Assembly (NCBI GenBank): GCA_963832675.1
Contig: CAWHUY010000012.1
Span: forward strand, 16,857-80,856
Length of the DNA: 64,000 bases
Origin: an uncultured Spirochaetota bacterium
GTDB lineage: Bacteria; Spirochaetota; Spirochaetia; DSM-27196; DATKUC01
Direction: 5' to 3'
How positions within the stretch are numbered: position 1 is the stretch's first letter; the number at the start of each line of letters is the position of its first letter. Shown here piece by piece: positions 1 through 9,509 of this stretch. A program made the translations under genes and the position numbers. The notes under the pieces were generated by a model that was given only the letters and a program-made list of their open reading frames with translations, ran no database searches and was not told where the DNA came from.

Positions 1-483
1 GGGCAGAAAACGTTCCACGGTGTCCTTGAGACACTCGGTAAGTGGAAGGTCCTTGAGAGGCACGTTTCGGTAGCGGGCGTCGTTGCGGGGATTGCGGGGA
101 TCGGAGGGTTCGAGCTCCGGCGGCGGAACGTCATAACTTCGGCGCCAGATATGAACCTGCTCTTCGCCATGTTTTGCCGCAGTCTCGGACTTGTTGAGCC
201 CTTGCAGACCACCATAGTGGCGCTCGTTCAGGCGCCAGGTCTTGTGGACCGGAAGCCATACCTGGTCGATTTCCTGAAGGACAATATCGAGAGTGTGGAT
301 CGCCCGTTTCAATACCGAGGTATAGGCTACGTCGAAAACATACCCGCCGTCCCGGAGGAGTCGTCCGCCTTCGTGCGCCTCGGCGACGCCGGTCTCCGAA
401 AGCTCCACGTCGGTCCACCCGGTAAAACGGTTCTCCCGGTTCCAGTCGCTTTCACCATGACGAACGAGTACCAGCTTTTGCAT
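1..483 (-). CDS. gpmA: 2,3-bisphosphoglycerate-dependent phosphoglycerate mutase, N-terminal part only (gene runs off the left edge of the window)
   Basis: Absent from the ORF track because it has no stop in the window. Reverse complement from the ATG at 483-481 reads [32 protein letters not shown]...[18 protein letters not shown], the histidine-phosphatase RHGES / NERHYG signature of dPGM. Confidence 0.9.
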   Translation of the reverse strand, partial: MQKLVLVRHGESDWNRENRFTGWTDVELSETGVAEAHEGGRLLRDGGYVFDVAYTSVLKRAIHTLDIVLQEIDQVWLPVHKTWRLNERHYGGLQGLNKSETAAKHGEEQVHIWRRSYDVPPPELEPSDPRNPRNDARYRNVPLKDLPLTECLKDTVERFLP

Positions 484-609
484 GTCTTTCTCCTTTCGAT
501 CCTTGTGAGTTATTGCAAATTCGTAGTCAAATATTCACAAATCGGGTCACGTGTCCACTCGGAGAGTGTCTACTCGAGCCGGCCGCGTGATTCCTCTGAG
601 CGCCTCGGA

Positions 610-1065
610 TCAGGAGTTCTTCTCTGGTTCACTCTTGTTCTCTTCGGCAACCAGCTGGTGCGCGGTTGTCCACGCGAGAAGCGCGCACTTGATTCGCAGA
701 GGAAACTTTGCAACTCCCTGCATTGCCTCGAGATCTGCTGCCTCGTCGGGGAACTCCGGAACTTCGTTGCGCGTGAGCATTCCCTTGAACTTGTCGATAA
801 GAGAGTTCGCCTCGGTCAAGGTCTTTCCGCGAAAAGCGTCGCACATCATGTCCGCCGACGCGAGACAGATTGAACAGCCCATACCCTCGAATGCCGCATC
901 CTGGATCTTTCCGTTTTCCACCTCGAGATAGAGCTCGATGTCGTCGCCGCACGACGGGTTCGCTGCTTCGAGGTGTCGCGCCGCATCAGGAAGCCGCTTC
1001 CGGTTCTTCTTTGACTTGTAATGATCGAGGATTATCTCTTTGTACAGGTCTTCGTTCAAATTCAT
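610..1065 (-). CDS. sufU: SufU/IscU-type Fe-S cluster assembly scaffold / sulfur acceptor
   Basis: 151 aa, starts LYKEIILDHYKSKKN. Conserved Cys in NPSCGDD, GMGCSIC and RIKCALLAW. Its ATG overlaps the sufS stop (ATGA at 1065-1062). Confidence 0.85.
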   Translation of the reverse strand: MNLNEDLYKEIILDHYKSKKNRKRLPDAARHLEAANPSCGDDIELYLEVENGKIQDAAFEGMGCSICLASADMMCDAFRGKTLTEANSLIDKFKGMLTRNEVPEFPDEAADLEAMQGVAKFPLRIKCALLAWTTAHQLVAEENKSEPEKNS

Positions 1066-2336
1066 CCAAACACTTCCTTCACCCTTGCGAGTGCACGAAT
1101 GAAGATGTCAATCTCCTCCGTGGTGTTGTACAGGTAGAGCGACGCGCGGACGGTTCCCGGAATACCCAGAAAACGCATATAGGGCTGCGCGCAGTGGAAT
1201 CCGGTCCGAACCGCAATGCCTTCGCTGTCGAGAACGGCGCCGGTATCGTGTGAATGAACGTCGTCTACGTTGAACGAAAAAATGCCGCCAAGATGTTCCT
1301 TGTCGGAAGTTGCGTAGACCGCTATTCCCGGCACATCCTCCGCCGCGGCGGTCAGATAGCGTATGAGCATCCTTTCGTGCGCCGCCACCCGCTCCATTCC
1401 CAGGTTCGTGAGATAGCGAACCGCGGCGCCAAACCCGATGACGCCCGCGACGTTCGGTGTCCCTGCTTCGAAGCGTTCCGGTATTCCCCTGAAAGTGGCG
1501 CGATCCTTGTACACTTTAACGATCATGTCGCCTCCGTAGTTGTACGGAGTCATCTCGTCAAGAAGTCTCTCCTTGCCATAAAGCACACCGGTCCCGGTGG
1601 GACCGAGCATCTTGTGGCTCGAAAACACGAGAAAGTCGCAGTCGATGTCGGTCACATCGGTTTTGTGATGGGACACATACTGCGCACCGTCCACGAGAAC
1701 CACTGCCCCGTGCGCGTGGGCGATTCGCGCTATCTCTTTCACCGGTGGCATGTAGCCCGAGACGTTCGACATTGCCGTAATCGCCACGAGTCTTGTGCGG
1801 TCGGTTATGGTCTCTTCGATGCCTGAAAGCGAGAGGGTTCCGCTCTCCGGATCTATGGGAAAGAACTTGAGAATTAGTCCCTTCTCCCGGGCCAGCTCCT
1901 GCCACGGAACGAGGTTGGCGTGGTGTTCGAACTCGCTGGTGACTATCTCATCCCCGGCCTCGAGCCGCTGTCTGCCCCAACCGCTTGCCACCATATTGAC
2001 GCCCTCGGTAGCGCCTTTTGTGAAGACGATGTGACCGTCGGCGGGGGAATTGATGAACGAGCGCAAGCTGTCTCGCGCTGCGTCAAAGGCGAGCGTCGCG
2101 CGCTCGCTGAACTCATATACCCCTCGGTGGATGTTCGCACCCATCGTAGTGTAGTAGGCGATTTCAGCATCAATGACGGACTGCGGCTTCAGCGAGGTTG
2201 CAGCATTATCGAGGTAGACAAACCGTTTGCCGCGCATCTTCTGCAGAAGGATCGGAAAATCCTTCCGCACGAGGTCCACATCGTACGGGCTGCTGTTTTG
2301 AACTCCGGCTTTGCCGGCGGTGTTGATCTGACTCAT
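1062..2336 (-). CDS. sufS: cysteine desulfurase, SufS type (class V PLP aminotransferase fold)
   Basis: Motifs FEHHANLVPWQ, PLP-Lys region FSSHKMLGPTGTGVLYG, and active-site Cys loop RTGFHCAQP. I prefer the internal ATG at 2336 (MSQINTAGK..., 424 aa) over the 2429 track start. Confidence 0.9.
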   Translation of the reverse strand: MSQINTAGKAGVQNSSPYDVDLVRKDFPILLQKMRGKRFVYLDNAATSLKPQSVIDAEIAYYTTMGANIHRGVYEFSERATLAFDAARDSLRSFINSPADGHIVFTKGATEGVNMVASGWGRQRLEAGDEIVTSEFEHHANLVPWQELAREKGLILKFFPIDPESGTLSLSGIEETITDRTRLVAITAMSNVSGYMPPVKEIARIAHAHGAVVLVDGAQYVSHHKTDVTDIDCDFLVFSSHKMLGPTGTGVLYGKERLLDEMTPYNYGGDMIVKVYKDRATFRGIPERFEAGTPNVAGVIGFGAAVRYLTNLGMERVAAHERMLIRYLTAAAEDVPGIAVYATSDKEHLGGIFSFNVDDVHSHDTGAVLDSEGIAVRTGFHCAQPYMRFLGIPGTVRASLYLYNTTEEIDIFIRALARVKEVFG

Positions 2337-2452
2337 CTTATTCCGACCGGGATCACACGGTAAACCTACCAATTTCTCTACCGGGTTGTCAATGGAGGAA
2401 ACTTTATCGATTGACCAATGACGCCTCAACCGTCACGAAACGCTCTGCATGT

Positions 2453-2479
2453 GGCCATGCCGATAGCGGCGGCATGGCC
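2453..2479 (-). terminator. 10-bp perfect hairpin between sod and sufS (possible terminator or attenuator, no U-tract)
   Basis: GGCCATGCCG-ATAGCGG-CGGCATGGCC read directly, inside the 227-nt sod-sufS spacer. Confidence 0.25.
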
Positions 2480-2563
2480 CGAAACGCCGGCCGCCCCGGC
2501 TGCGCCGCAGCACTCACCCACCGCGGCGCCTCGAGTATCGGTCGGGCGGAGGCTGCCCGAACT

Positions 2564-3175
2564 CTATTTGACAGCGGCCTTGAGGTTTTGGGTTACCTGA
2601 TTCCAGTTGATGACGTTGAAGAAGTTGCTGATGTATTCCGGCCGCTTGTTTTGATATTTCAAGTAGTAGGCGTGTTCCCACACGTCAATTCCCAGAATTG
2701 GCGTGCGACCGTCGGTGTAGGGACTGTCCTGATTTGGGGTGCTCTGCACCTCGAGAGTCCCGCTCTTGTTAACGACGAGCCATGCCCACCCGCTGCCGAA
2801 TCGAGTCGCGGCCGCGTCGGAAAACAACTCTTTGAATTTATCAAAGCTGCCGAAGGCAGAATTGATCGCGGACGCGATTTCGCCGCTCGGTGTGCCGCCG
2901 GCCTTCGGCGCCATCATCGGCCAGAACAGCGAGTGGTTCATGTGTCCGCCGCCGTTGTTGCGGACCGCCGTGCGGATCTTTTCCGGAAGGGAGTTCAATT
3001 CCCGGACAATTCTGACGATGTCCCAATTTTCGTACTCGGTACCCTGGACAGCAGCGTTGAGCTTGGACACATATCCTTCGTGATGCTTGTCATGGTGAAT
3101 GCGCATCGTCTGCTCGTCGATGTAGGGTTCGAGCGCGTTGTATGCGTAGGGTAGCTCGGGTGTCTTGAAAGCCAT
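2564..3175 (-). CDS. Fe/Mn-family superoxide dismutase
   Basis: [32 protein letters not shown] at the N-terminus, and the [13 protein letters not shown] signature near the C-terminus. 203 aa. Confidence 0.95.
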   Translation of the reverse strand: MAFKTPELPYAYNALEPYIDEQTMRIHHDKHHEGYVSKLNAAVQGTEYENWDIVRIVRELNSLPEKIRTAVRNNGGGHMNHSLFWPMMAPKAGGTPSGEIASAINSAFGSFDKFKELFSDAAATRFGSGWAWLVVNKSGTLEVQSTPNQDSPYTDGRTPILGIDVWEHAYYLKYQNKRPEYISNFFNVINWNQVTQNLKAAVK

Positions 3176-3297
3176 TTCATCCTCCTGTCGTTGTATCGTT
3201 CTTCGTCTAAAGTACTATGGATGCGCAGAAAAACATAGTAAATCGATCAGAAATACGGATACCGAGGATGACGTTCACAAACACGAGACTCGGCGGT

Positions 3298-4323
3298 CTA
3301 CTGCTTCAGATAAAATCCGGAATCGGGAAGTTTTCCGCCGATCGATGCGGGAGAGAACTTGAGGAGCACGCGGAGAAAAGCTTCGACGGCCGATCGGGCC
3401 GCTTCGGCCGGTTCGTAGACCAGACTCATCCGCGGAACTGCGTCAGCCGCGGCGGCGGCTTTGAGCCCCATCCCATGCTTCTCGATGAGTATTCCTGCGT
3501 CTTTCGGGTCGCTGTTCACCCAATCCACCGAATCACGATAACGGGCAAGAAAAGCCGTGATCGCCAGGGGGTGATCCTGCACAGCGCGCCTTCGCACCAC
3601 CAGGCAGCCCTGTGCAAGCGGCGTCGTGCCGCCGACCGTCTTTTTCCAGAGCTCTTCGAACCGCAGCGCCACGCGCGCATTCGGGTTTTTTTCCAGCACC
3701 TGCGTGACGAACGGTTCCGGCAGCAGTGCAAGCTTCACCCGTCCGGCGATCATCATGCTGGCGAGCTCCACCTGGTCGAAATTGAAGTTGAGTTCGACGT
3801 CGGTGTCGGGACTCAATCCGTTTTCCGAAAGGACGTAGCGCATGAGGATATCCGGGTTCGCCCCTTTACCGGTCAGATAGACCGTCTTTCCCTTGAGATC
3901 CTCAAGACTCTCGACGGTGGTTCCGTTGGAGACCAGGTAGAGCACGCCGAGGACATTTACCGCAGCAAGCTCATACTCCACGCCGCTGTTGTAGAGCTTT
4001 GCCGCGATATTGAGCGGAAGACTGGCGACGTCCACCTCCCCGCTGAGGATGCGGGAGACCATGAGCTCGGGAGTCCCCACCACCTCGTAATGAGCAGAGA
4101 GGTCGTCGGTTACCCGGGGAGCCTGATCGATCAGGCGGATCATGCCCATGCCGGTCGGCCCGCGGAGCGTTGCCACACGGAGAGTCACCTCCTGCCCGAC
4201 GGCAGTGCCCGGCTTGTTGTTCCTGTTCGACACGGCCTCCCGCGCGCCCGCGCCAAAAAGCGACACGCTCGGTAAGAGGCAGAGCACCGCCGCTAGGGTT
4301 ACCGCTGCTTTTCCCCGGATCAT
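3298..4323 (-). CDS. periplasmic solute-binding protein, NMT1/THI5 (nitrate/sulfonate/taurine-type) family, orphan (no permease or ATPase nearby)
   Basis: Signal peptide MIRGKAAVTLAAVLCLLPSVSLFGAGA and SBP-like body. The ATG at 4323 overlaps the upstream stop (TGATG). The track start at 4338 is an alternative. Confidence 0.6.
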   Translation of the reverse strand: MIRGKAAVTLAAVLCLLPSVSLFGAGAREAVSNRNNKPGTAVGQEVTLRVATLRGPTGMGMIRLIDQAPRVTDDLSAHYEVVGTPELMVSRILSGEVDVASLPLNIAAKLYNSGVEYELAAVNVLGVLYLVSNGTTVESLEDLKGKTVYLTGKGANPDILMRYVLSENGLSPDTDVELNFNFDQVELASMMIAGRVKLALLPEPFVTQVLEKNPNARVALRFEELWKKTVGGTTPLAQGCLVVRRRAVQDHPLAITAFLARYRDSVDWVNSDPKDAGILIEKHGMGLKAAAAADAVPRMSLVYEPAEAARSAVEAFLRVLLKFSPASIGGKLPDSGFYLKQ

Positions 4324-5630
4324 CACTGTTGCACCCATTTCAGCTCCTCCTCTACGCTGTTCGGCGCCCAGCCCTCCCGAACGGCCTTCTGATAGGTCTT
4401 TGCGCGATCACGGTCGTTCACCATAATCACCCCAACGAGCCGGTTCGCTCGATACCAGAGCAGTCGGTAGCGATCTCCGCTGCCGGTCTGCTCGACAGCG
4501 CGATAGGCAGATTCCTCTTCGATCCTGCGCGCGGCGGTGATACCCGCCGCGTGGGCAGTATTGACTCCCGGTAGAACGCCGGCAGAAAAGTAGTACTGGC
4601 CGAACACCTCGCATTTCAAGCGGAACGGCGGGTTCTCGAAAATCGACCGTGGGTTTTGCGTGCCGAGGCCCAGATAGGATGCAGCGTTTCGCGCGGCAAT
4701 CTCACCCTGGTACTCCGCCGCATGCCAGAGATACGAAAGGAACCCTTGCGCGTGCTCGGCGACGTCACCGGCGGCGAACACTCCAGGCGCGCTGGTTTCC
4801 AGATACTCATTGACCGTTATACCCCGCCGAACATCGATGCCCGCACCGACAGCCAGATCCACCGACGGCCTCACGCCGGTGCAGGCGACTACGGCATCAA
4901 CGCCTACCCTCTCATTGCCGAGGATTGCGGTAATTCCCTCTCCAGCGTTCGTCTCCCCCGGCCTCCCCGGCTCGAGAGCACTCACCCTCTTTCCGGCCGC
5001 AATCTCGATCCCGTTCGATTCGATAAACCGGGCAAGATGCCGGGAGGCATAGTCGTTGAGCTGTCTTCCCATTACGCCCCGTGCCGAGACGCTGAAAACG
5101 ACCTCTTTTCCCATGCGGGAGAATTGTTCGCACACCTCCACGCCGAGGACGCCGCCCCCGACAACCAGAATCCGACGCGCGCCTTTTGTCGCATCCAACA
5201 GATGCTCCACATCGGCCGCGGTCCACACGGTGTGGATCGGCACCCGGTCGGCGCCCGGAACTTCAAGCGGTGCCGAAACGCTCCCGGTGGTCAGGAGCGC
5301 TGCGTCCCAGCGAATCGTCTGCCCATCGTCAAGACTTACGCGCTTTTGCCCGATATCAAGCTCCACTACCTTGCGGCCGGAGAGCAGGGAGATGCGGTTC
5401 GATCGGTACCAATCGTCGGTCTCGAGCGAAAATGCGTCTCGAGAAAACGGCATGTTCTTCGAGATTTTCGTCCGTTTGTACGGGAGCCGGTCTTCCCCGT
5501 TCACCAGCACTATGTCCACTGCCCCGCCAATCGAGGCGAGTGTTTTTGCAGCGGTGAATCCTGCGATGCCGGCGCCTGCCACTACCACTCGCGGAAACTT
5601 TTGTCCAAATTCATTCGCCATTTCTTTCAT
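4323..5630 (-). CDS. FAD/NAD(P)-dependent pyridine nucleotide-disulfide-family oxidoreductase
   Basis: Two Rossmann dinucleotide motifs (VVVAGAGIAGFTAA and ILVVGGGVLGVE), plus an AAGDV motif. 435 aa. Confidence 0.75.
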   Translation of the reverse strand: MKEMANEFGQKFPRVVVAGAGIAGFTAAKTLASIGGAVDIVLVNGEDRLPYKRTKISKNMPFSRDAFSLETDDWYRSNRISLLSGRKVVELDIGQKRVSLDDGQTIRWDAALLTTGSVSAPLEVPGADRVPIHTVWTAADVEHLLDATKGARRILVVGGGVLGVEVCEQFSRMGKEVVFSVSARGVMGRQLNDYASRHLARFIESNGIEIAAGKRVSALEPGRPGETNAGEGITAILGNERVGVDAVVACTGVRPSVDLAVGAGIDVRRGITVNEYLETSAPGVFAAGDVAEHAQGFLSYLWHAAEYQGEIAARNAASYLGLGTQNPRSIFENPPFRLKCEVFGQYYFSAGVLPGVNTAHAAGITAARRIEEESAYRAVEQTGSGDRYRLLWYRANRLVGVIMVNDRDRAKTYQKAVREGWAPNSVEEELKWVQQ

Positions 5631-5634
5631 ACAC

Positions 5635-5663
5635 TTGCACTCAACATTTCCATACGCTATAAT
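5635..5663 (+). promoter_or_regulatory. sigma70-type promoter for the DHOD-like gene
   Basis: TTGCAC-N17-TATAAT read directly, about 50 nt upstream of the ATG at 5714. Confidence 0.55.
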
Positions 5664-5713
5664 TTCTCACACCTTACACGTTCCTGCGAACTATGCCGAC
5701 AAAGGAAACCAAT

Positions 5714-6697
5714 ATGTCAGATCTTTCGACGTCCTACCTGGGGCTGAAACTGAAGAATCCTCTCATCGTTTCGAGCTCCAGCATGACTCAATCGCTCAAT
5801 GGTGTAAAGAAGTGCGCCGAGCAGGGCGCCGCCGCGGTCGTGCTCAAGTCATTATTCGAAGAACAGATTGAAGTGGAAGTCGACGCCCAGGAAAAAGAGG
5901 TCGACGTTTCGATCCACCCCGAGGCACAGGAGTACGTGCGTCAGATGGGCATGCGACTCGGTCCCAACAGCTACCTCGACCTGATCCGGGAATCGAAGCA
6001 TTCAGTCGATATCCCGATCATTGCGAGCGTGAACTGCGTCGACGTCAAATGGTGGGGACATTACGCAAAACAGATACAAAGCGCCGGGGCCGATGCTTTG
6101 GAATTGAACATATCGATTATGCCTCGCGGCCTCTCGGAGGCCGCGGAAACGATCGAAAAGCAGTTCACCTCAATAGTGCAGGCTGTTCGACAGCAGGTCG
6201 ATATTCCACTTGCCGTCAAGATCGGCCCCTATTTTTCCTCCCTCCCGAAATTCGTTCTCGAGCTCGAAAAGGCCGGCGCTTCGGCCGTTGTCCTCTTCAA
6301 TCGGTTCTACCAGCTCGATATCGACTTGCGGCTCATGAAGCTCGCGCCAGGCTATCAGTTCTCGAGTCCGAATGAAATCCACGTCCCGTTGCGCTGGATT
6401 TCGATCCTGTCGGAAAAGGTGAAACTGGACCTCGCGGCCTCTACCGGCGTTCACGACGGCGAAGCGGCCGCAAAGATGCTTCTGGCCGGCGCCGCCGCCG
6501 TACAGATCTGTTCAACCCTCTTTCTGCACGGGTTCAACCAGATTCAGGTCATTCTGAATCAGCTCGATCAGTGGATGAAGTCTCAAGGAATGAACAGCGT
6601 GGATCAGTTCCGGGGGAGGTTGAGCCAAAAAGGCAGCCCGAACCCCGAAGCGTACGAAAGATTCCAGTACATCAAGGCTCTTACCGGCGTCGCCTGA
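5714..6697 (+). CDS. dihydroorotate dehydrogenase-like (PreA/DHOD-fold TIM barrel flavoprotein)
   Basis: MSDLSTSYLGLKLKNPLIVSSSS...GAAAVVLKSLFEEQ...ASVN...LELNIS... is typical of the DHOD-like family. The internal ATG at 5714 is preferred over 5693. Confidence 0.7.
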   Translation: MSDLSTSYLGLKLKNPLIVSSSSMTQSLNGVKKCAEQGAAAVVLKSLFEEQIEVEVDAQEKEVDVSIHPEAQEYVRQMGMRLGPNSYLDLIRESKHSVDIPIIASVNCVDVKWWGHYAKQIQSAGADALELNISIMPRGLSEAAETIEKQFTSIVQAVRQQVDIPLAVKIGPYFSSLPKFVLELEKAGASAVVLFNRFYQLDIDLRLMKLAPGYQFSSPNEIHVPLRWISILSEKVKLDLAASTGVHDGEAAAKMLLAGAAAVQICSTLFLHGFNQIQVILNQLDQWMKSQGMNSVDQFRGRLSQKGSPNPEAYERFQYIKALTGVA

Positions 6698-6708
6698 GGC
6701 GACGCCGA

Positions 6709-7980
6709 TCACGCTCCGGCGAAAAGGTCTCTGAAAAACAGCTGGACCGAATCGAAAACCTTTCGGAAAAATCCGCCCTCTTCGACTGCGCGAGTTGCCC
6801 GAAGCGGGAATCGACCGACCTCTTTGCCGTTGACGGTATAGACTACCGCTCCCAATGAATCGCCTTTTTTCACCGGCGCAACGATGTCGCGCTGCTGCTC
6901 CACCACGCCCTTCAATTCGGTTACCTCTTCCTTGGGAAGAACCAGCACCGGCTCCTGCTCAGGAGCGATCTCAACGTGCCGCGCATTGCCCTTCCAAACG
7001 AGCACCGGTGCCGGTTTCGGGTATCCAAGCGTGAGTTTCGTAAACTTGGCGAAACCGTAGTCCAGGAGCTGCTCGGTTTCCTGCGCGCGAAGGCGGCTGC
7101 CACTTTCATGCATTTCGTCGCGCACCCCCAGAACCACAGCGATCAGCCGCATTCCGTCGCGCTCGGCCGTTACCGCCATATTGTACCCGGATTCGTCGAT
7201 GTACCCCGTCTTCAGACCGTCGGCACCGGCGTATTTCCACAGCAGCACATTTCGATTTCGTTGGGTAATGGGATGCTCGTGATTCCCGTTTATGAGGTTC
7301 ACGGGCTGCGGATAGGTGAACTCGCGCAGCGAGAGGAGGTCTCGTAGCGCGTCGGGATGAAGGGCGATGAAGTGCCTGCAGAAATCGGCATACTCGCGGG
7401 CAGTGACGCGGTTCTGCGCGCTTATTCCCGAAGGTTCGACGAAGTGCATTACCCGATAGCCGAACCGTCTCGCTTCGTCGTTCATCATCCGGGCAAACGC
7501 CGGAATCGAACCCGCGATCTGGTAGGCAAGCGCGTAGGCCGCGTCATTTCCCGAAGCGACGACAAGTCCCTTCAGAAGCTGATCGACTGTTAGCTGCTGA
7601 TTGGGACCGAGGAACATCAAGGATGATCCGTAGGGCATGTTCCTGGCCCAGGCCTGGCGGACCGGCTGGATTACCTGCTCGGGATCCAGTCTGCCCTGGG
7701 CGATCTGCTCGAGCGCAATGTGCAGCGTCATCAGCTTGGTCAGGCTGGCCGGAGCAATCGGCTCGTCGGGATGATATTCGAAAAGGACCTTTCCGGTTTC
7801 CGCTTCCATGAGAATCGCCGATACGGCCTGGAGTGAAGGTGCCCGATCGATAGCGACGTTGGACTTGGAGAAGGCCGGCGATGCCGCAAACGGCAGAGCT
7901 CCGTATACGAGTAGAGCAATAGGGAGTACAAGACGGTTTAGATTGCGGTGCATGGCAGAGAGTATACAGAGTTTTTTCAT
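6709..7980 (-). CDS. D-alanyl-D-alanine carboxypeptidase (S11, PBP5/6-type)
   Basis: SxxK (ASLTKLM), SxN (ASGND) and KTG (LKTGY) motifs in the correct order. Signal peptide from the ATG at 7980 (MKKLCILSAMHRNLNRLVLPIALLVYGALPFAASPAFS). Confidence 0.85.
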   Translation of the reverse strand: MKKLCILSAMHRNLNRLVLPIALLVYGALPFAASPAFSKSNVAIDRAPSLQAVSAILMEAETGKVLFEYHPDEPIAPASLTKLMTLHIALEQIAQGRLDPEQVIQPVRQAWARNMPYGSSLMFLGPNQQLTVDQLLKGLVVASGNDAAYALAYQIAGSIPAFARMMNDEARRFGYRVMHFVEPSGISAQNRVTAREYADFCRHFIALHPDALRDLLSLREFTYPQPVNLINGNHEHPITQRNRNVLLWKYAGADGLKTGYIDESGYNMAVTAERDGMRLIAVVLGVRDEMHESGSRLRAQETEQLLDYGFAKFTKLTLGYPKPAPVLVWKGNARHVEIAPEQEPVLVLPKEEVTELKGVVEQQRDIVAPVKKGDSLGAVVYTVNGKEVGRFPLRATRAVEEGGFFRKVFDSVQLFFRDLFAGA

Positions 7981-8048
7981 CGTGGCAAGCCGCAGAACCT
8001 GGCGCAAGGCCATCGCTACTTTGCACATCGGCACGAAGGGGCTATCTT

Positions 8049-8702
8049 GTGAGCATGTTTCGCCAAGACGAAAAACCGATTCCGATAGCTGAGATGGTAC
8101 TCGCGAGCATGTTCGCCGCAATGATAGCGGTGGGGGCCTACATCAGCGTCCCCATTCCGGGAAGCCCCGTTCCCATCGTGCTTCAGAACCTTTTTGTTCT
8201 GCTCGCCGGACTGATCCTCGGCTGGCGCTGGGCAGCCGCGGCCGTCAGTCTCTACCTGTTTGTCGGGCTGCTCGGCTTGCCGGTCTTTTCCGGCGGCACC
8301 GGTGGTATTGCCCATTTTCTCGGGCCGACCGGAGGTTACCTTGTTGGGTTTCTGGTCGCTGCGCCGCTTACCGGACTTATCGCGAATGGAAAACTGCCTG
8401 ATCGCCTGCACGACGACCGGGCGGTGCGCAGGAACTTTCCGTCGCTGCTGCGTGATAGCGTCGCGGTGGTCGCGGGCACCGCAGCCGTATACGCGGTTGG
8501 CATCCCGTGGTTGAAGGCGGTGACGGCGCTCTCATGGACCGGAGCTGCCGCGGCGGGACTTGTCCCATTCCTCGTTGGCGACCTCCTCAAAGCCGCTGCA
8601 GCCGTTGCGGCCGTGAGACTGCTCGCTCCGGTGCTTCGGGCAGCCCTCGGCGGGCGCTACTCGGCAGACCCTCCCGAGTCGACCGAAAACCGGGCAGGCT
8701 GA
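8049..8702 (+). CDS. bioY: biotin ECF transporter S component
   Basis: MVLASMFAAMIAVGAYISVPIPGSPVPIVLQNLFVLLAGLILG is a classic BioY N-terminus. Start is GTG 8049 or ATG 8055. Confidence 0.85.
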   Translation: MSMFRQDEKPIPIAEMVLASMFAAMIAVGAYISVPIPGSPVPIVLQNLFVLLAGLILGWRWAAAAVSLYLFVGLLGLPVFSGGTGGIAHFLGPTGGYLVGFLVAAPLTGLIANGKLPDRLHDDRAVRRNFPSLLRDSVAVVAGTAAVYAVGIPWLKAVTALSWTGAAAAGLVPFLVGDLLKAAAAVAAVRLLAPVLRAALGGRYSADPPESTENRAG

Positions 8703-8705
8703 GGA

Positions 8706-9509
8706 GTGGCAGTGCCGCTGATCGAGATCCGCGGACTATCACATGTTTTCCCGAGCAGTTCAGGGCGGGATGAGCGGTTTTCCGGTCTGCACGAACTTTC
8801 GCTGGACCTGAATGCGGGAGAATTTGTCGTGCTCGCGGGCCCCAGCGGCTCCGGTAAGACTCTTCTTGTCCGACACCTGAACGGACTTCTGGCCCCGACG
8901 GCGGGATCCGTTTTCTATGCCGGTGCGCCGCTGCGCACGCGGCTACGAGATGCCCGGCTCCGCATCGGCATGGTATTCCAGGATCCCGACCACCAGATCA
9001 TCGGACAGACTGTCGAGGAGGACATCGCCTTCGGACCTCGCAACGCCGGTCTGGAGGCACGGGAGATCGCTCGGCGGGTGAAAGCGGCCGCGGCGGCGTT
9101 CGGGATGAGCGAACTGCTCGATCGCGCACCGCGGACGCTCTCCGGCGGAGAGAAACGTCGCCTCGCGCTCTCCGGTGTTTTCGCTATGGAACCCTCGCTT
9201 ATTGTTTGTGACGAACCTTTTTCGAATCTCGACTTCGCGGCCGTGACGGGAGTGCTCGAAGCTCTGGTCGATGCGCACCGGTCCGGGTGCGGAATTGTAG
9301 TTGTCACTCACGAAATTGAGAAGGTGCTGGCGCACGCAACCCGGCTGGTTGTGCTGAAAAACGGTTTCCTCCGATATGACGGCCCGCCCGAGCCGGCGCT
9401 GGAACGTTTTGGCGAGTGGGGCCTGGTACCGGTGACTCGGCTCTTCCCGTCCGAGGGCGGAAGGCTGCTGCCTCATCTTACCTGGATGCCACCGCGGGGA
9501 TCCCGATGA
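8706..9509 (+). CDS. bioM: ECF transporter ATPase component (dedicated biotin module)
   Basis: Walker A GPSGSGKT, signature LSGGEKRRLAL, Walker B LIVCDEP. Start is GTG 8706 or GTG 8712 (GAGGAG at 8701-8706). Confidence 0.8.
   Translation: MAVPLIEIRGLSHVFPSSSGRDERFSGLHELSLDLNAGEFVVLAGPSGSGKTLLVRHLNGLLAPTAGSVFYAGAPLRTRLRDARLRIGMVFQDPDHQIIGQTVEEDIAFGPRNAGLEAREIARRVKAAAAAFGMSELLDRAPRTLSGGEKRRLALSGVFAMEPSLIVCDEPFSNLDFAAVTGVLEALVDAHRSGCGIVVVTHEIEKVLAHATRLVVLKNGFLRYDGPPEPALERFGEWGLVPVTRLFPSEGGRLLPHLTWMPPRGSR

Noticed and set aside
151-873. 240-aa + strand ORF (and 131-418, 551-931, 629-952) at the left edge
   Set aside because: These lie antisense to or out of frame with gpmA (1-483, minus) and sufU, both of which have unmistakable family signatures. 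The translations are Arg/Pro-rich or low-information, typical of GC-rich shadow ORFs.
3217-5747. Long + strand ORFs 3217-4275 (352 aa) and 4656-5747 (363 aa)
   Set aside because: They are antisense to the SBP and the FAD oxidoreductase, which carry signal-peptide and Rossmann motifs. The + strand translations are Arg/His/Pro-rich with no motifs.
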